NCBI GenBank assembly: GCA_034434895.1
Contig: DAOTYI010000280.1
Coordinates: 1 to 46,647, forward strand
Source: Anaerolineae bacterium
GTDB taxonomy: Bacteria > Chloroflexota > Anaerolineae > JAAYZQ01
Direction of reading: 5' to 3'
Length of the DNA stretch: 46,647 bases
The notes beneath the pieces were generated by a model, which saw only the letters and a program-made list of their open reading frames with translations, was not told the DNA's origin and made no database searches. The position numbers were made by a program, and so were the translations under genes. This document shows, in pieces, positions 42,960 to 46,647 of the stretch (positions are counted from its first letter, which is position 1; the number at the start of each line of letters is the position of its first letter).

Positions 42960-44152
42960 ACCTGCTGTATACAGTTACGGCTTATCCCCCCTCCGTCGGC
43001 GGCGCCCAGACCTGGTTTCATCAGTTGGCCTGTCGGTTGGCCAGGCGCCATCGCCTCCAGGTGGCGGCTCACTGGGACAGGTCCCGCACCGATTGGCTCC
43101 TGGGCACCACTCTGCGCGCCCCACGCCGCCCGGCGACCTATCTGCTCGATGGCGTTCCGGTGCACCTGCTGTCGTTGACCAGGGGCCAGCGGCTTCGGAT
43201 CGCCCCGTGGGTGCTGAGTTACTATCTGGCCAGGGGGCCGGCCATTGAGGCCATCTCGGACCAGATTCTGGACCACCTGGAGCCGTTGGCCCGCGACGCC
43301 GACCTGATCCACAACGGCCGGGTGGGCCGGGAGGGGCTGAGCTTTGCCTCTCTCAAGCTGGCCCGCCGGTTGGGCGTGCCGTTTGTGCTGACCCCCTTTC
43401 ACCATCCGCGCTGGGTGGGCTGGAATTACCGGCACTACCTCTGGCTTTACCGCGAGGCGGATGGGGTGATCGCCCTGACCCAGGCGGAGAAAGAGACCCT
43501 GATCAACCTGGGGGTGGAGCCGGACCGGATCTTTGTCACCGGCATGGGGCCGGTGCTGGCCGATTCAGCCGATGCCGATGCCTTTCGCCAACGCTATGGC
43601 CTGGATGGGCCGGTTGTCCTGTTTGTGGGGCAAAAGTATCGCTACAAGGGTTGTGCGGCCCTGCTCAGGGCGGCGCCGGCGGTATGGGCCAGGTTCCCCG
43701 ACACCCATTTCGTCTTCATCGGGCCGCGCACCCGCTATTCCCGCTTCCTGTTCAGCCGCCATCGGCAGCCGCGTGTTCTGGAGCTGGGGATCGTTGACCT
43801 GCAGGCCAAGACCGATGCCCTGGCTGCCTGTGACCTGCTGTGTGTGCCCTCCACCCAGGAAAGCTTCGGAGGAGTGTTCCTGGAAGCGTGGATGCTGGGC
43901 AAACCGGTGATCGGCGGCAACGCCCCGGCGGCGCGGGAAGTGATCGCCGACGGGGTGGATGGCTATGTGGTGGAACAGGACCCAACGGCCATTGCCGGGC
44001 AGATCGTCCACCTGCTGGATCATCCCTCGCTGCGTGACGAGATGGGACAGCGGGGGCGGGAAAAAGCCCTGTCGCGCTTTACCTGGGAGCGGCTGGCCCA
44101 ATTGACTGAAGCAAGTTACTGTGCAGTTCTGGGTCAGAGCCGGAAGGTGTGA
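42956..44152 (+). CDS. glycosyltransferase family 4 (GT-B, group 1)
   Basis: LCVPSTQESFGGVFLEAWMLGKPVIGGNAPAAREVIADGVDGYVV (E-x7-E region). ATGA overlap with the upstream GT4. Confidence 0.9.
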   Translation: MNLLYTVTAYPPSVGGAQTWFHQLACRLARRHRLQVAAHWDRSRTDWLLGTTLRAPRRPATYLLDGVPVHLLSLTRGQRLRIAPWVLSYYLARGPAIEAISDQILDHLEPLARDADLIHNGRVGREGLSFASLKLARRLGVPFVLTPFHHPRWVGWNYRHYLWLYREADGVIALTQAEKETLINLGVEPDRIFVTGMGPVLADSADADAFRQRYGLDGPVVLFVGQKYRYKGCAALLRAAPAVWARFPDTHFVFIGPRTRYSRFLFSRHRQPRVLELGIVDLQAKTDALAACDLLCVPSTQESFGGVFLEAWMLGKPVIGGNAPAAREVIADGVDGYVVEQDPTAIAGQIVHLLDHPSLRDEMGQRGREKALSRFTWERLAQLTEASYCAVLGQSRKV

Positions 44153-44167
44153 GGTGCCGGCCTGCCG

Positions 44168-44250
44168 GGCCATATGCGTCAAGTTAAGCGACTCAGGTCG
44201 CACCTCAGGGGCCTGCGGCCAGGCGCTCACCGGCGTGGACGCATATGGCC
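44168..44250. repeat. 13-bp perfect inverted repeat with a 57-nt loop between operons
   Basis: GGCCATATGCGTC (44168..44180) pairs with GACGCATATGGCC (44238..44250). An inner hairpin GCGACTCAGGTCGC sits in the loop. Both arms are flanked by GGCCTGCCGGG as a direct repeat. Confidence 0.6.
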
Positions 44251-44342
44251 TGCCGGGTTGTGGTCCGGCGGGCACAGGTGCGGGCTTGCCGACAGGCTGA
44301 AGGCCTGTCCTGCGACCTGCTTTGTTAGAAAGCTCTGACGGA

Positions 44343-44371
44343 TTGACAGCCCGACCTTCCTGGAATATAAT
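44343..44371 (+). promoter_or_regulatory. consensus sigma-70-type promoter (TTGACA-17 nt-TATAAT) upstream of the epimerase gene
   Basis: TTGACA at 44343..44348, a 17-nt spacer, TATAAT at 44366..44371, 41 nt upstream of the ATG at 44412. Confidence 0.6.
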
Positions 44372-44411
44372 GGATATCATTAGCCGACGGAGAAAGGTGT
44401 TGTGACATTTT

Positions 44412-45470
44412 ATGGAACCGATGCATGAAGGGGCGGGGGATCCCGGCAGCTTTTCGTTCTGGCAGGATCGGCCTGTTCTCGTCACAGGTGGAGCCTCCTT
44501 TATCGGCTCCCATCTGACCGACGCCCTGGTGGAGCGCGGGGCCAGAGTCCGGGTCGTGGATGATCTCTCCAGCGGCAGGCTTGACAACATCCGGCAACAT
44601 CTGGCCGACGGGCGGATCGAATTCCTCCAGGCCGATCTGCGCGAGCCAGGGGTGACCAGGCTGGCGGTGCAGGGCATGGATACCGTTTTTCACCTGGCTG
44701 CAGATCATGGCGGCCGGGGCTATGTGGAGCTACACCAGGCCGGGCCGGCGTCCGATCTTTTCCTGGGAGGGCTGGTGGTGTGGGAGGCACAGCGAGCCGG
44801 GGTGCGGAAGATAGTCTTTGCCTCGTCAGGCTGTGTCTATCCCGGCTTTGTGCAGGGCAATACGGACGAGGAACTGTACCTCACTGAAGACCTGATCAGG
44901 CCGCCCTATGATGCCGACAATCTCTATGGCTGGGCCAAGCTGATGACCGAGCTGACGCTGAAGGCGTATTATCAGGAATATGGACTCAAAGCGGCGATTT
45001 GCCGCTATTTTACCGTGTATGGCCCTCGTGGGAAGGAGAACCATGCGATCATCGCCCTGATCGCCCGGGCCTTTATCGGCCAGAACCCCTTTGAGGTGTG
45101 GGGCGATGGCACCCAGGTGCGTAACTGGACCTATGTTGACGATATTGTGCGTGGCACCCTCCTGGCCGCCGAGCGGATTGACGACGCCACCGCCGTCAAT
45201 CTGGGCACGATGGAGCGCATCCGGGTCCTCGATGCAGCCAGGATGGTGCTGGAGTATACTGGCCACCAGGCCGAGATCCGCTTTCGCCCCGATATGCCCA
45301 CCGGCCCGTTAAATCGGGTGGCGGATAATTCCCTGGCCAGGAAGCTCCTGGGCTGGGAGCCACAGGTGCCTTTTCGGGAGGGGCTCAGGCGTACCATTGA
45401 CTGGTACTTTGCCACCAGGGACCGGGAGCAGGTGCGAAGGGATCTGGAACGGATGCTCACGGAGCGGTAG
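44412..45470 (+). CDS. NAD-dependent nucleotide-sugar epimerase/dehydratase (extended SDR)
   Basis: VLVTGGASFIGSHLTDAL (GxxGxxG), SSGCVY and YGWAKLMTE (YxxxK). Its length and motifs fit UDP-sugar 4-epimerase/decarboxylase/4,6-dehydratase relatives, but the exact reaction cannot be assigned. Confidence 0.88.
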   Translation: MEPMHEGAGDPGSFSFWQDRPVLVTGGASFIGSHLTDALVERGARVRVVDDLSSGRLDNIRQHLADGRIEFLQADLREPGVTRLAVQGMDTVFHLAADHGGRGYVELHQAGPASDLFLGGLVVWEAQRAGVRKIVFASSGCVYPGFVQGNTDEELYLTEDLIRPPYDADNLYGWAKLMTELTLKAYYQEYGLKAAICRYFTVYGPRGKENHAIIALIARAFIGQNPFEVWGDGTQVRNWTYVDDIVRGTLLAAERIDDATAVNLGTMERIRVLDAARMVLEYTGHQAEIRFRPDMPTGPLNRVADNSLARKLLGWEPQVPFREGLRRTIDWYFATRDREQVRRDLERMLTER

Positions 45471-46247
45471 ATGCCACAGCCGCCACGGACCAATATCCTG
45501 GGGGTGGGCGTCAGCGCGATCAACATGACGATGGCGCTGGAGATCATGGACGGCTGGATCGCCCGGCGCGAGGCCCATTATGTGTGCGTCACCAGCGTCC
45601 ACGGGGTGATGGAGAGCCAGCGCGATGAGAGGTTGCGGCATATCCACAATTCCGCTGGCCTGGTGACGCCCGACGGGATGCCCCTGGTGTGGCTGAGCCG
45701 CCTTCGGGGGTTCCGCCATGTGGAGCGGGTGTATGGCCCCGACCTGATGCTGGCCCTGTGCCGGTGGTCGGTGCCCAGAGGCTACCGCCATTTCCTCTAC
45801 GGCGGGGAGGTTGGTGTTCCTGAGCAACTGGCCGCTGCTCTGCAGCGGCGGTTCCCCGGCCTGCGGGTCGTTGGCACCTGGTCGCCCCCTTTCCAACCGC
45901 TGACGGTTGAGCAGGACGAACAGATCGTGGCCGCGATCAACGCTGCCGGGCCGGACATTGTCTGGGTCGGCCTCAGCACGCCCAGGCAGGAGCGGTGGAT
46001 GGCCGCTCACGTGGGACGGGTGGCGGCCCCGCTGCTCATCGGCGTGGGGGCCGCCTTTGACTTTTTGGCCGGGCGCAAAAAGCAGGCACCATCCTGGATG
46101 CAGCGCAGCGGCCTGGAATGGCTTTTCCGCCTGGCGAGCGAACCCCGCCGCCTGTGGCGACGATACCTGACGAGCGTTCCGGCATTTCTGTTCCTGAGTG
46201 CGTTGCAGGCCTCTGGATTGCGCCGGTATGAATTGACGGAGGGATAG
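45471..46247 (+). CDS. WecB/TagA/CpsF-family glycosyltransferase (GT26)
   Basis: ILGVGVSAINMTMALEIMDGWI..., then VTPDGMPLVWLSR, FLYGG, VGLSTPRQERWM, GVGAAFDF.AG and EWLFRL..EPRRLW.RY, the canonical motif series of the family. Confidence 0.88.
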   Translation: MPQPPRTNILGVGVSAINMTMALEIMDGWIARREAHYVCVTSVHGVMESQRDERLRHIHNSAGLVTPDGMPLVWLSRLRGFRHVERVYGPDLMLALCRWSVPRGYRHFLYGGEVGVPEQLAAALQRRFPGLRVVGTWSPPFQPLTVEQDEQIVAAINAAGPDIVWVGLSTPRQERWMAAHVGRVAAPLLIGVGAAFDFLAGRKKQAPSWMQRSGLEWLFRLASEPRRLWRRYLTSVPAFLFLSALQASGLRRYELTEG

Positions 46248-46255
46248 GGAACCCC

Positions 46256-46647
46256 ATGACCTTCCAGGAAATCATCCTGACCCTGCGCCGGCGGTTCTGG
46301 CTGCCGGTGGCCGGCGCCCTGATGGCCGGCGCGGTGGCTTTGATCCTCAGCCTGGTCTGGCCGCCGGTTTACGAAGCCGAGGCTTTGCTGCTCATCACCA
46401 GGCTGCGCCCGGCAGTGACCCTTGATCCCCGCTTCCAGACGGTGGCCGAGGAGAATGTTGTGAACCTGTCGGTCCAGGAAGAACAGGTACGCCGTCAGAC
46501 CCTGGTGGGCCTGGCCGGGAGTCATGACCTGTGGATCAAGGTTCTGGAGCGCCTGGGTGACAGCCTGCCGCCCGACGAACGCTCGGTGGACTTTATGCAG
46601 GGTGCGACCGACATCCGCACCGAGGGGAACCTGATCGCCTTCCAGGC
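46256..46647 (+). CDS. Wzz/chain-length-determinant-like protein, N-terminal part (runs off the right edge)
   Basis: My own translation from ATG 46256: MTFQEIILTLRRRFWLPVAGALMAGAVALILSLVWPPVYEAEALLLI... This is the short cytoplasmic N-terminus, one TM helix, then P-x-Y-x-A layout typical of Wzz/GumC-type proteins. Open to the end of the window. Confidence 0.62.
   Translation, partial: MTFQEIILTLRRRFWLPVAGALMAGAVALILSLVWPPVYEAEALLLITRLRPAVTLDPRFQTVAEENVVNLSVQEEQVRRQTLVGLAGSHDLWIKVLERLGDSLPPDERSVDFMQGATDIRTEGNLIAFQ

Noticed and set aside
1-46647. Search for tRNA, rRNA, tmRNA or riboswitch-like elements in the intergenic gaps (562..1020, 3511..3662, 4767..5121, 38177..38310, 44153..44411).
   Set aside because: I saw no cloverleaf-compatible segments (no GTTCGAATC-type T-arm motifs) and no recognisable riboswitch cores. 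The gaps are accounted for by promoters and palindromic repeats. A covariance-model scan would be needed to exclude small RNAs.

Overview
This is a 46.6 kb, visibly GC-rich bacterial chromosome segment (roughly two-thirds G+C by eye) with short AT-richer intergenic islands. 31 of the 33 genes I can support are on the + strand. The left edge holds the start of an unassignable minus-strand gene, a truncated serine-recombinase remnant with its own consensus promoter, and ruvB. From about 2.1 kb to the right edge the window is one continuous cell-envelope glycoconjugate super-locus in four apparent transcription blocks. Block (i) is a GT-C-like membrane glycosyltransferase and a GT2. Block (ii) is a DegT-type sugar aminotransferase followed by a complete, translationally coupled, dedicated type II fatty-acid-synthase-like set: FabG-like KR, FabL/FabI-like ER, FabZ-like DH, ACP, Sfp-type PPTase, two tandem active ketosynthases, FabD, a catalytically degenerate SDR, GNAT and MFS. 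Block (iii) is a flavoprotein, a glycosidase-like lipoprotein, three tandem plus one dispersed alkaline-phosphatase-superfamily (type I phosphodiesterase/NPP) paralogs, a 3103-aa giant protein (polytopic membrane domain, about 65-70 TPRs, Ig-like end), a MurJ/MOP-family flippase and an O-antigen-ligase/Wzy-like protein. Block (iv) is a 1139-aa modular beta-helix exoprotein, two GT4s, an NDP-sugar epimerase/dehydratase, a WecB/TagA/CpsF glycosyltransferase and the start of a Wzz-like protein. Gene junctions carry at least three families of palindromic (MITE/REP-like) insertions. Two are flanked by direct duplications of the junction they split (39 nt at the ACP start, 13 nt at the KS2 stop), and one carries a GxxExxY gene. 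I saw no rRNA, tRNA or CRISPR array. The taxon cannot be determined from the window; gene content and repeat style make me guess Chloroflexota, but that is only a guess. Two things look most novel. One is the lipid module, the AP-superfamily paralog array and the giant TPR membrane protein read together as one putative lipoglycan or phospho-glycopolymer assembly system. The other is the junction-duplicating palindromic insertions.
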